Source: Octopus sinensis
Taxonomy: Eukaryota
NCBI RefSeq assembly: GCF_006345805.1
Contig: NC_043008.1
Location: 15,252,001 to 15,316,000, forward strand
DNA length: 64,000 bases
Direction of reading: 5' to 3'
Part shown: piece by piece, positions 37,167 through 49,939 of the stretch
Layout: each line of letters opens with the position of its first letter
Position numbering within the stretch: the first letter of the stretch is position 1
Notes under the pieces: model-generated
Told to the model about the DNA's origin: nothing
Databases searched by the model: none
Seen by the model: only the letters and a program-made list of their open reading frames with translations
Program-made: the position numbers and the translations under genes

Positions 37167-37587
37167 ACTCTTTTACTCTTTACTCTTTTACTTGTTTCAG
37201 TCATTTGACTGCGGTCATGCTGGAGCACCGCCTTTAGTCGAGCAAATCGACCCCGGGACTTATTCTTTGTAAGTCCAGTACTTATCCTATCGGTCTTTTT
37301 TGCCGAACCGCTAAGTGACGGGGACGTAAACACCAGCATCGGTTGTCAAGCAATGCTAGAGGGACAAACACAGACACGCAAACATATACACACACACATA
37401 CACATATATATATATACATATATACGGCAGGCTTCTTTCAGTTTCCGTCTACCAAATCCACTCACAAGGCATTGGTCGGCCCGAGGCTATAGCAGAAGGC
37501 ACCTGCCCAAGATGCCACGCAGTGGGACTGAACCCGGAACCATGTGGTTGGTAAACAAGCTACTTACCACACAGCCACTCCTGCGCC
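37167..37587 (-). mobile_element. SINE family A, full length, tail-to-tail with the previous copy
   Basis: Reverse complement of family A from tail to ggcgcagg. Confidence 0.95.
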
Positions 37588-39313
37588 TATATATATATAT
37601 ATATATACATATATATACATATGTATAATAAATATTTATACATATATATATATATATATCTACATATATCTCAATATATACTTATATATGTGTATATATC
37701 ACACACACACACACATACACACACAAATATATATAATTTTGCTCACTATTATGTTTTCATGTTTGTTTTATTCGACCATAATAAAATTTTCAGTATTTCT
37801 ATTGGATTGAACCCTTTACGAACAAACTTTAGAACTTTAGTCATTCAGGATCTCGATATTTCTTATGATCACACCACACAATTTATTTTTTATTATTCGC
37901 CAAGTCCATCTTTTCTCACAGCTACTACAATGCATTCCTAATCTGTCTGCGCTAAAGTTCACCCTCTTTGCTTCAGTCCATCTTTTTTTTATATTGGTTA
38001 CTCTCAGCGAAAACATTCTCCTCCATGTTAAATGTACCTGGCTTATGAATATTCATCTACATACTTATATACTTTTCAAAATTGCTTACCGATAGTAATT
38101 TCAAATCAAAGTCACTCTTCAAAGAAGATTGTCTTCAATATAATGCCGTTCGATTTAAATGGAATAGATTTTATTTTTTTAGTTATTAACACTTTATATA
38201 GTTTACCAATACTTCAGTGATTTTAAAATCTTTTTTTCTTGACATAAAAAATTACATAGATCGTTTCGGTGTATAAAAACCGTGAGTGATCTCAATGTTT
38301 AGATTTTGCTCAATATTTTATGCTTTGATATGAAATATAGTCAATATATATAAGTAATGAATTACTTAGTAAGACATGAAATATATCATAACAATTTTTT
38401 AACATTGACATTTCAATAATAAATATGGACTTGCAGCGGACGAAGTCCACATGTAGTTCGTATCATGCCCTTATATTTTTTTAAACAGTTCCATAGAGGT
38501 GTGTGGCCTCCGCAATTATTACACGATTCGAGTCTATAATGTTTTTTTTTAAATTGAACGTTTCGCATAAGACGGTTAATTATGATATTTCTGTGTATCT
38601 GTTTCTCGTATTTGTAAAATGTAGCTACACATACTAGAAATCTCGAGCTAGGCGTTCTAAGAAATGCGAGGATAAATATTTTAGAAAGGTACAGGGCAAT
38701 ACAGCAGTTCCAGTAGTTTCCACATACAATTAAGTGTATTGTTCTAAATGCCATACGCGTTGAGTGCTAAAAAGAACATTATATCTACAGACAAAATTTG
38801 GTCAGAAGCACCAGAAGATGCAACTGTTGTATCACGTGGTTTCAACATAATCTACGCCTCCTCAGCAGCAGATGCTCATACCACCGAATGCCAGATCCAG
38901 ATTCCGTCAAACCAATATAGATAATAATAAACAGTCAGAGATATCACAATGCTAGCCGTGTATACATTTGTTTTATATATATAGCTAATTTATACAAAAA
39001 ACCCGAGATGTAGTGTTTAGAATTATTAGCGGTGCCCTGTTGTCCATTTGCTTGGTTTATAAACAAGAAATAATTCTTGTTTACGGGGAATTGAAGCTGA
39101 ATACACTTTTATAAATATCAACTGAATTCTGTCAGAAGAATTAAAGAATCTTGTTTTTATTTCCTTGGTGCTTCATTTATATTACATGTTTACAACGGGA
39201 AATGGGGTATTTCACAGGGACAATATATGTGCATGCATATATGTATGTATATGTATAAATATACATATGTATGTACACCCAGTCAAACATATATGTATTA
39301 TATATTAATATTA

Positions 39314-39560
39314 ATTAGAGACAAAACCACTATTAAGCAAATCAAACAAAGAAAGACTTGATCCAATAATTAAAAATTTTATATAAATTAAATATAATTA
39401 TATTTAATTTATATAAATTTTTTTATGTATTGGATTAAGTCTTTCTTGATTTGCTTAATAGTGGTTTTGTCTCTAATAATATTATATTATATTTTACTAT
39501 AAAATTGGATTCAATCCTAAATCTGATTTTTCCCTGTAATTTGGATTTATTCCCTAATAT
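39314..39560 (-). mobile_element. Fold-back element: ~164-bp loopless palindrome plus unique leader
   Basis: Arms 39314-39397 and 39398-39477, centred on aatataattatatt. The reverse complement of 39498-39556 matches 52682-52740. Confidence 0.85.
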
Positions 39561-40174
39561 TTATTTTATTATTATTATATATATATATATCTATATATAT
39601 ATATATAGGCGATATATTTTTCATATTTTTTTCTAATAAGAATAATGATAATAATAACAATATAATAATGATGATGACAATATTCCTTGGATATAATTTA
39701 TGAACATTTAATGCATCTCTACGCGCGTTTCCACAAACAACATGCCTCTTACGATTACAGTCCAACGATGATTAAAGCGCAGTCCATAGTATCCGTGGGT
39801 ACCGTGTTGATTATCATCATGGATCCATTTCTTCAGGTGATATGTGGCCGACATAACAGAATAAAATAGGAGATTTATTTTCATATTCAAAACGTTTACC
39901 ATAACAAATTTAAAAGATACACACACACACACACACACACATACACACACACACACAACAAACACACACACATATTCGCATGTGCAGATCTCAGTCGGAA
40001 TTACAACATCCACAGTGAATACGATAAGTGGTGCTTCTAAATATGAGTGTATTTTGTGATAGTGATATTTGTTCCACCCATTTACTAAGATAAACCTATC
40101 TTTGTATGCAAATATCTTAATACAGTATACTACTTACTGAATGGTTGAAAATCTCTAACCACCGGCGCTACTGT

Positions 40175-40240
<66 letters not shown>

Positions 40241-42229
40241 TAGAAAACAAGAGAGACACAGACAGACAGAAACAAGGAAAATGCCACCTGTATTTGAATA
40301 CTATACAAATATTCTTTTTAAAAAAATTATATCTTTTCTAAATTTAATTGTTTTACATACTTAAAGTTGAAAAAGTCTCAATGTCAGAAACCGTTACTGA
40401 AATGTTTTTTTATAAAATTGCTTTAGCATTTTCTATCTATATATGTATACATGTATATATATATTTATATATACGCACGTATATACTTTCTTATATATAT
40501 GTATATACATGTTCATATATATATATATATATATATAGCTATATGCGTATATATATGTGTGCGTGTGTATGTAAATGTATGCATATATTTTAAAGAAATA
40601 AATGAAAAATAATGCTAAATAAATAACTATATTTTGCAAATTAACATTTTGTACTCTACTATTATTAGTATATATTTGTATTATCATTAGTATACGTTTG
40701 TAGTTATTAGTTGGCATTGACGCAAATTACCTCTTTTGTAATAGATAAACGATTTTATTCGAAGACAACAATTTATAAATTTCTTTAAATTAGTGGATTA
40801 TCAGTTTAATGTGACTTTAAAGACTACTAATATCTCTGAGCTGAAATGCGAATAAAAAACTTTCAGATGCTGAGACATACATGTGTCTGACTTCACATAA
40901 ATGATATAAATGCTTTTACATAGTATAATTTAACTTTTTAATTTCGTTTGGCATTTATTAGAATTATATATATATAATAATATTTGGAAGTGAAGCAATA
41001 TATTAAACTTTTTATGTGTATCTTGAAATTACATTACAAATTCGCGTTGCCTTATACATACATACATACACAAAAATATATATATATAAGTGTGTGTGTA
41101 TAAAGCGCTGCGTTATATATATATAACGAGGGTTTATGGATGGAAAGATGCTGCTCTTTCTCAGAGACGTACACTGGAAGAGCTGTATATCGATTAATTT
41201 TCCTGGAATTTCTTAGTTTGTCTTACTATTAGTGCTTATTGATGGTCTTTCTTCGATATTAGTACTTTACACTTATGACACTCCTGTTGTCGTTATGGAT
41301 GTTTACATCTATCCAAAATAGGAGAACAGGATTTTAATAATATAATATAAAGAAAATGGGGGAGTTTGAACACAGAAATCAATTTATTTATACGATAGTT
41401 AATTTCATGTCACCTACTCACTTTTCAATTTCTCACATTCTTTCGATTAAAATTGCATTACGAATTTAAAAGGTAAAAATCTTTGCAGGGAAAAATTGAC
41501 ATACGTTCATTTACATCCTGATGAATGGAGAGTTTATTATAGATTGAATAGCAGCACGTGCATGTGCGTGTAAGCACGTGTGTGTCGCATTCTGTTCTAA
41601 AGATAGCTGGTGGTTAAACCACGACCAGAGTGGACAATGAGTTGTTGCAGTTCTGAAGAACTAAGTCATACTACTATTCATCCTTAATGGAATTTAGATT
41701 TTTTTTTTAGACGCTGGTCTCACTTGTCAAACAAAATGAATATATATTAGTAAGTATCCAAATCTACTTATTTCATTGTCAGAATTTCAATTTTTATTAA
41801 TAGTGTAGTTTCTATTATATTTATTTAGATGTATTGGTCCTATTTATTGATTTTTAAGAATAGGAGTAAGGAAAATAGAAATGATTTACTTAATGGCCAA
41901 AATGACGAGAATCATAACGGTAGTAAGAAATACAGAACAAGCAGTGGAAGGGAAGAAACCTTTAATAATTCCTTAGTAAGATCAAAAAATATAAAATTGC
42001 AACCTACAAAAAGGAAAGGAAATAAAAGTAATAATAATAACAAAAACGATAATAAAGACACTAGTGCGAATAATTTAACTATATATACTGATACTTATAA
42101 TAGCAATAACGAAAATAAAATAACAATATAATTATTATAAATATTAAGATAGGTAAGTAAAAGGAAGAAGATAAGTCATTAGTTAAGACTCCTAACACGA
42201 GAAGTAAACAAAACCGGAAATATATGTAT

Positions 42230-42256
42230 ATGTAATGTATATGTATATATATATAT

Positions 42257-42298
<42 letters not shown>

Positions 42299-42378
42299 TA
42301 TATATATGTATATATATATGTATATACACATATACATATATATATATATATATGTATATATATGTATGTATATATATT

Positions 42379-42430
<52 letters not shown>

Positions 42431-42446
42431 CATATATATATATATA
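42230..42446. repeat. (TA)n microsatellite
   Basis: Direct reading. Confidence 0.95.
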
Positions 42447-42664
42447 CCGGAGTAAACACATAAATGTGAAACAAGGAGGTAAAAAGAGTACTCAAATACC
42501 AGGGGTAGAGTAATATGCTTTATTTAAAAGCAGCAGAAATTCAACAAAACCTGTTACTCAGTTTCACCTTTCCGTTTTAGTAACAGCAAAAACTGTCCGA
42601 CGAACGGGAACGTGAAACTCAGAGTAACAGGTTTTGTTGAATTTTCTGCTGCTTTAAATAAAGT
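42447..42664 (+). mobile_element. Short (TA)n-inserted element with ~60-bp inverted arms and a hammerhead
   Basis: Arms 42517-42576 and 42603-42664 are near-perfect inverted repeats. Unique 70-bp leader, (TA)n on both sides. Confidence 0.85.
42587..42636 (+). ncRNA. Type I hammerhead ribozyme (U4C variant), structurally intact
   Basis: caaaaactgt-CCGACGA-ACG ggaa CGT-GAAA-CTC a GAG T-A-acaggttttg. Stem I is 9/10 bp, stem II is capped by GNRA, stem III is the quasi-palindrome ACTCaGAGT, and the GUA triplet predicts cleavage after 42626. Confidence 0.82.
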
Positions 42665-43379
42665 ATATATACATACATATATATATATTTATATATGTAT
42701 GTATATGTTATTCAAGAATTGTTTCGTGGCACCTTGTCAACCCTTTAAAGCTTATTTAGGATCAAATGCCTTCCAGCACAATCATCTCATCTATATCTTA
42801 CATGCGTTTATATACCGGGCACAACATTATCCGGTGTGCATTTGTTTGTTATTTAAAGTCAAAGGGTTTTCCATTGAGAGGGATTTCACTGCTATTTTTA
42901 CCACATATAATGGTTCTTAGAACTTTCTATGTGCCAATATAATACTCATATTTCAATTTAAGATAAACACTATTAACATCAACCACGCAAGAACTAGAAT
43001 ACTCTTGTCAATTAACAAATTAAAGATCTGCTATCGGAGTGAAAGTAAGTTTCTAAAATCAAACAACAGATATATATATACATTAAAATTTGCATTTATT
43101 TTATGAGTGTGTTTCTCAATTACTCATATATTTTTGAAAATAATGTATTCCGAAGAATCCCCTTATAGAGAAATAAAATAATCATAAAATTTAAAATTTT
43201 ATAGTCTGAGCATGATTTCGCAGTTGTCTCTAATGGATATAAAAATGATGACATTGCATTATCGTGGTATTAAATTCATGCAAATCCCTCAGCATCGACA
43301 GTTTAGTTGGGACAGTGTGGAATACGCTTGTTATATCATTCCGTCTGATATCCCAATGGCGTTTGAAGAGTGTGGCTTG

Positions 43380-43630
43380 TGGCTTGTGGCTTAGTGGTCA
43401 GGAGTGTTGGACTCACCATCTTAAATTTGTGGTTTCGATTCATGGACTAGGCGACACGTTGTGCTCTTCAGTAAAACACTTCATTTCACGTTGCTCCACC
43501 CTGCTGGGAAAAATGAGTAATCTTCCGACTTACCTGGTACGTTGTAGTGGGAATATATGCTCGGCGCAAACCGGGAAACCGACCCTATGAGTCTGTATGA
43601 TTCAGAAAGGGTGTTCATCCTTTATCTTAT
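43380..43630 (+). mobile_element. Old SINE, family C-like
   Basis: gtggcttagtggtcagg...gtggtttcgattc...aacacttcatttcacgttgctcc. Confidence 0.7.
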
Positions 43631-43634
43631 TCCG

Positions 43635-43825
43635 ATGGCGAGCGTCAGGTGGTTAGCGAGCGCATCGGATAAAATATTTAGCGGCATTTTTTCCGGATAT
43701 GTACGTGCTAATTTCAAAACCTTCTGACGTCAACTTTGTATTTTATCCTTTCGGACCCGATCAAATAAATACCAGTCTAATACTGGAGCCGATGTAAACA
43801 TGTTCCCCTCTTCTAAATATTGCTA
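43635..43825 (+). mobile_element. Very old SINE family B copy
   Basis: tttagcggcatttt..gacgtcaacttt..atcctttcggac..ataaataccagt. Confidence 0.6.
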
Positions 43826-44419
43826 ACACGGTGACAAAATTAAAAGGATTTATTTTGATTTTCAGTCACTGAATTAACAGCAGAATGGTAAACGGGAAAT
43901 GCTTGTTTTCAGCAATCGGTGCAGCACCATCTCACTCACCATAATCTTAATAATCCCAAAAGGAGAGGATGAAGTTACCTCTACATCGTCCCTTGATATG
44001 CTAGAAGTAGCAGCCACATATCCTTCCTAAAACACACAGACGTCTCAGAAAATGTTAAAGGTATGGTGTTTGAGGTAATAAATGATACACTGAGAAAAAA
44101 AAAACTAGGCATTTGTAACTGGAATGCATTTTGTGATATCTATGTTTTTTACGAGTATTCTACTAAGGCTAAATACAGACAGAGATTCCTTCATGTAATA
44201 TTACATCTTAAGTATTAACCTAGCCACAAAATATATTTGCCATCAGCTAAATTTGCCATGTTGCTAAATTTCTTCTTTAGCTATTAGCAAAAATAGTGTC
44301 ACACTTTTTTAGGTTCTGTGTAAAAGTCCCAGTTGGTAGGGTATCATTCAATAATGACTTTGTTCAGTGCCTCACCTCGCGAAAAGCGAATAAAAACAAG
44401 GAGAAAGAGAGAAGGGTCA

Positions 44420-45366
44420 ACTTCATGAAAGCAATAAGTGCGAACATTTTAACAATGGTTGAAAAATATTAATATTTTATCTATTTACTAGTATTTGTAC
44501 TATGCGCTCCTGCTATTAACTTTGAACACCAGCAATGCAGGACTGTTAACATTTCAGTCGTATAAAAACCGAAAACTAAGCAGAAAGTTAGAGGCGTTCA
44601 TAATGATACCAGTAGTGATAAATTCAGTTACCATAAGAACCATCCGGTCACTCTTAATGAAGCTTTATTCTTACTTTTTGTATATATTCTATCATACAAA
44701 AATGAAGACATCCATAGTAATCAGTTTTGAGACAGAGCTCTCATTATTATCTAATGTATTATAACATCTGAAATGAGTGATTAGATCTTTATTGACCATA
44801 TTGTACTACTCATGTCCTGTCCTTGAGCATTAATATTTTATGACACAAGTATATTTTCGAAAACATATAAACAGCCTTTTGCTCTTTTTTAGTAATTTCG
44901 CTGCAGTTTTAAATTTCTTTGAGGGGTAAGAAGTATTGCTCATTACAAGGAAAATGAAAGTAAGCATAGTATTAGACTTGTTATTGCTGAAACAAATTGG
45001 ACAAATTATCTGCAATCAGTAGGCGCCAATGCCAGAAAGTACGATCATTTCATTGCCAAAAGGTATGTTGTAGTTAACGTGTATGCATTGAAAGCCAGTG
45101 ACATGGAACTGTATGATATTTGAACATCATTAACGTTTGCTAAAAGTCACTTAATAAAATCTGACTTCATTAAGCTAAATCCCATTACACAGGAAGCCAG
45201 ATAAGATAAGATGCATATTCTTCGTCGCAATCGTTAACAATGTACGTGCACTTTTGTAGAGGTAGTTTCGTATGAAAGATTAAACTTAGTTTCATGTGAT
45301 ACTGAATAAAATAATTATCAGGAAACAAAAAACAAAAAGGTGGAGTTGGGTTCCGTACGGTCTTTC
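44420..45366 (-). pseudogene. Decayed rhodopsin-class (peptide-receptor-like) GPCR, TM1-TM7
   Basis: Acceptor ttctttacag| at 45366, then in frame ERPYGTQLHLFVFCFLIIILFSIT*(G)N and LLTIATKN(LAxxD)MHLILSGFLC. Further motifs: DR(Y/F)FLALAP (45046), AITSLILCLLSFSL..AILLTP, CYNTL-IIMRAL, KASLRVT-RMVLMVTEF and ALLVFKVNS. Order and spacing fit a 7TM protein. Many stops and frameshifts. Confidence 0.55.
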
Positions 45367-46148
45367 CTGTAAAGAACTGATTGAAGTCCATACTAATATA
45401 GTAAGGAAATTCAGTTCAAGCGATATAATATACAGTCAATTAAACAACTACATACAACTTTCTTTAGGACTGGCAACGCGCAATAATATATATATAACAA
45501 AATAATTACAAAGTTATCTTTTACATGCAGTGTAGATGGCGTTGCTATACAATAAGTAACCGACATTTTATATAGTGTTTGCATTTTATATAGTGTTAAA
45601 AGTATGAACAACTCTTAACCAAACACCCTATTCATCTAGAAACATTTTATCTGTAGCTACACGCTGTTACAGCAAATAAGTATATGGCAAAAGCATTAAA
45701 TTAGTATCCGGCTCTGTATTAGTTTCTAAGCTACAATAACACTTGGATACTGTTGATATATGTCATCAGTTAGATATAACTGTACAAAAATGAACTTATT
45801 GAACGATGTTGTAATCAATTATTTTAGAGACAATTTGTCTTCATATAATTATATAATTGAATTCATTTTAAAAAAAGAGTTTGGCATAATATATGAATGT
45901 AAAATTCTATATATTTCAGAAACTTGTGACTATAGCTGATGGAAAATATTTCATCATGTTCCATTATTTATAACTAAATGAATGGTTTTTTTATTTCTTA
46001 AAATATTACAGTTTCATCCAAGCCATTTTTATTAAATTAGATACAATTCCGAATTCCTAGAGTTCTTTTTTTAGTTTAGAATCCACACAATCTCCTTAGT
46101 GTAGAACATAAATAATGGCTTTCTTTGTGAGTTTATACATATACATAT

Positions 46149-46361
46149 ACGTTAGAGCGCCGGGTGAAATGCTTAGCGGTATTTCGTCTCTCGTTACGTT
46201 CTGAGTTCAAATCCCGCCGAGGTCGACTTTGCCTTTCATCCTTTCGGGGTCGTTAAATAAAGTACCAGTTTCGCACTGGGGTCGATGTAATCGACTTAAT
46301 CCTTTTGTCTGTCCTTGTGTGTCCCCTCTATGTTTAGCCCCTTGTGGGCAATAAAGAAATA
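46149..46361 (+). mobile_element. SINE family B, slightly 5'-truncated
   Basis: Colinear with 53241-53472. Confidence 0.93.
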
Positions 46362-46391
46362 CATATACACACACACACACCACACACACAC

Positions 46392-46427
<36 letters not shown>

Positions 46428-46445
46428 CGTGTATATGTATGTATA

Positions 46446-46494
<49 letters not shown>

Positions 46495-46619
46495 GAAGGA
46501 AGCGCGTTGCTTGGCGGTTAGGGTGTTGGACTCATGTCTGTCCACGCACCTTACTGAGTACTGTGGACAAACCAATATTCTTTTAATTGTTTCGGCCACG
46601 TGGCTGCAGTGATGCTGGG

Positions 46620-47064
46620 CCACCACGGTAGTCTTTCTGATTTCTTCAGTCAGGGCGTTTCATGTCACCACTACTGCATATGCGTTTGTCCCAGCTGTTG
46701 GCCCATTTGGTGAATAATGGGACTTGATTCCGCTGCCCTTGTCTGCACCTCTTGTCGGTCTGTTGGTTCATCCGGTATTGTGGAGAGGAAGATGTCTAGT
46801 TCCTTTCTTCAAGACATCTACTTCCACCTTATGCAAATATCTTAATTTTTGTGGCAAGGCATTGAAGAGCTCTGGGCCTTGAACCCTAGACTGTTGCAAT
46901 ACCTGGTCCTGAATTTCTATATGGAGAGGATGGTACATTTGGTACAATACAATGACAGCCAGTTCTGGTATTTGTATAAGAGTCAATGCCGAAGTTAGGT
47001 AGTAACCTCTCTAGTCTTTTCCATATGTAGATTATTACATATCTCTTACGCCTTCGCTCCAGGC
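46620..47064 (-). mobile_element. CR1-clade LINE 3' fragment (RT C-terminus)
   Basis: LERRRKRYVIIYIWKRLERLLPNFGI..RTG.HC..CNSLGFKGPELFNALP..L.YLH.VEVDV.K..LDIFLSTIPDEP across frameshifts (ORFs 46886..47095 and 46768..46986). Confidence 0.82.
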
Positions 47065-47399
47065 AGCAAAGATGTATGTATGTATGTGTGCGCATATATA
47101 TATATATGTGTGTGTGTCTATGTGCGTGTTATATATATATATATGTAAGTGTGTGTGCGCGGGTGTGTGAGTATGTGCCTGTGTGTGTGCCTGTGTGCTT
47201 ATGCATATATATATATGTGTGTGTGTGTGTGTCTCCCTTGCTAACTGATTAAGATAGTGCGTTTGTGGCTATTGAGTTGTTTTGACTCTTCTTTCTAGCA
47301 ATAGTGGTTCTGATTAGTGCCCCTGTTCACTTTAGTGATGCATATATTTTTGCCTTTATGCTGTAAAGTTGCGAATTAGCCACCCATATTATATATATA

Positions 47400-47440
47400 T
47401 ATGTGTGTGTGTGTGTATGTATGTAAGTATGTATGTATGC

Positions 47441-47473
<33 letters not shown>

Positions 47474-47515
47474 TGTATGTATGTATGTATGTATGTATGT
47501 GTGTGTGTGGTTGTG
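47400..47515. repeat. (TATG)n microsatellite
   Basis: Direct reading. Confidence 0.95.
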
Positions 47516-48663
47516 TGTGTCCTTTAGTTACAATAGTATACATGATGCAAATATATATATGGAAGCACTGAAAACTTACAGTGTTAGAAAAGGATCAAAA
47601 ACCGGAAAAATATAAGTGAAAGTTATTAATTAATAGATAATTAATACTGTTGTATCAAGTGATTATTTAGTAGGAATAGAATCTTTACAACAGGATAAAA
47701 TCACAAGATTTCAACAGCATTTCAAATTGACTAAATGTATATACCTATTTATCTATTATTTGAACCGCTTAAAGGTTATTTGAAAACTATCCTTTAATCA
47801 AATAATCTTGAAGTTGTTTTTACAATGTATTCCTGACCCTCCACAGAGTTATCTCTTCGACCAGTCTATGTATATGTAGGTTCCAGAAGGGATTACAGTT
47901 AAATGAGACGATTTCTCGAGGCTAATAATGACATATTAGGTGGTCCCAAAAGGCATCCACGTTTGGTTGGATATAAAGATTAGTTGTTGGTGCCAATGCT
48001 GCTTCCAGTTCTAATAATTAATTTTTAATAACCTTACTGGCTAATTGCGACTTCAGCGTCTGAAAAATAGAAAACAAAAATTATAATAAATATAAAAATT
48101 AACCAGTTTGGCAGTGCCTAAATTTATACATATACGTTTATTTTTATATTTCTGTCTGGAGGTAAAATGTTTGCTCACGACTTTTGCACAAATTTTCAGA
48201 CTGGTTAGGTCGATAGAATAGCAGCTTTGAAATAAAAAAATTATTTCTTAAAAGATAAATCTTGAAAATAAGCTATACAGCTAAACAGCAAAAGGGAACT
48301 AGTTAAATACTACGCAGGGGTTCTCAGAATTAGAAAATATACAAGCGGAAATCTATTTCAATAAAACAAAGACTTTCAAAAATCTATGATGAGACATGAC
48401 CGAAAACTTGCTTAAAGAATATGAAACACTCTGATAAGATCTTAGACAATAAAACCAAAAATTACTCTGAGAAATCAATATTCTTGCTGTAAAAGTTATA
48501 AACTACTGGAAGATATAAAATACCCAATCTTAATTTAATGAAGGATATCAAGACTAGGAATTACAAGACAATTTTACGAATTTTGTTGCATCTCGGGAGG
48601 ATCATTACGCCAACGAAATAAACACATTGGTTACCTTTCTCTTCTTTATTTTTATCCTTCTGT

Positions 48664-48749
48664 TGTTTAACCATTTAGCCAATTAACTAATCACTTTCTT
48701 GATTAATTGTTCAGTAAGTCGAGTAGTTAATTGGCTGAATGTTTAAACA
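48664..48749. other. 26-bp inverted repeat with 34-nt spacer
   Basis: tgtttaaccatttagccaattaacta ... tagttaattggctgaatgtttaaaca (24 WC pairs, 1 GU, 1 mismatch). Confidence 0.85.
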
Positions 48750-49369
48750 ATTGGCGAGTAAAACAATAAAGTGTATTTTCCCCCTTTTTATTTCACAATC
48801 CGTGTATAAAATTAAAATATAAAAAAACTTGCATTAAAAAGCTGTGATACACTATTTATAAAGAAGAGAATAAAATGTTCTTAGAAGTGGAATGAGTAGT
48901 TCCTTATTGAAAATGCCCTATTCAGACTGGAGAGGCAATCAAGAAGGATTATAGTAAAAAGCTATCTTTCTTTTCATGAAGGCCTCTACGAGGAGCACTT
49001 TATGCAAAATCATTTTTTAAACTTTATTTACAAATTTTAAAATGTTTTTGATGTTACTAAAATTAGTAGAGTTTTACCACAAACTGGTTTGTTGATTACT
49101 CAACGGCATGATTTTAATATTGTTTTACGTCTTTTCAGTTTGGGAGCTTTTAATCTTTGCACGCAAAATAATACCAGACAACTGGTCCACGATAGGGCTG
49201 ACCGAATTTATTAAATTTTGTTATGGCACAACTATTACATTTGAATTTTGCACTAGAATACTTCGTCGGTTAATTGTGAATATTCTTCATAAATTTTTCC
49301 TGAACCCAATTTAATGTAAAGTTCTGACAAACTTTGAACATAAATCTCAAGTGATCAGCGTCGTAAACA

Positions 49370-49454
49370 TTATCATCATCGTCGTCGGCCTCATCACCAC
49401 CACCACCACCACTGCCACCACCACTGCCGCCACCACCACCACCACTACCACCAC

Positions 49455-49491
<37 letters not shown>

Positions 49492-49510
49492 GTCATCATC
49501 GTCCTCCTCC
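49370..49510. repeat. (CAC)n/(CAT)n microsatellite
   Basis: Direct reading. Confidence 0.95.
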
Positions 49511-49516
49511 CCTTCA

Positions 49517-49939
49517 TTCTTTCTTTTACTCTTTTACTTGTTTCAGTCATTTGACTGCGGCCAAGCTGGAGCACCGCCGTTAGTCGAGCAAATCGACCCC
49601 AGGAGTTATTCTTTGTAAGCCCAGTACTTATTCTATCGGTCTCTTTTGCCGAATCACTGGGTTACGGGGACGAGAACACACCAGTATCGGTTGTCAAACG
49701 ATGTTGGGGAGACAAACAGAGATACAAATACGCACACACACATATATATACATGTATATATATATATATATATATACGATAGTTTTCTTTCAGTTTTCGT
49801 CTACCAAATCCAGTCACAAGGCTTTGGTCGGCCCGAGGCTATAGTAGAAGACACTTGCCCAAGGTGCCACACAGTGGGACTGAATCCGGAACCCTGTAGT
49901 TGTTAAACAAGCTACTTACCGCACAGCCACTCCTCCGCC
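49517..49939 (-). mobile_element. SINE family A, full length
   Basis: Reverse complement of family A. Confidence 0.94.
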
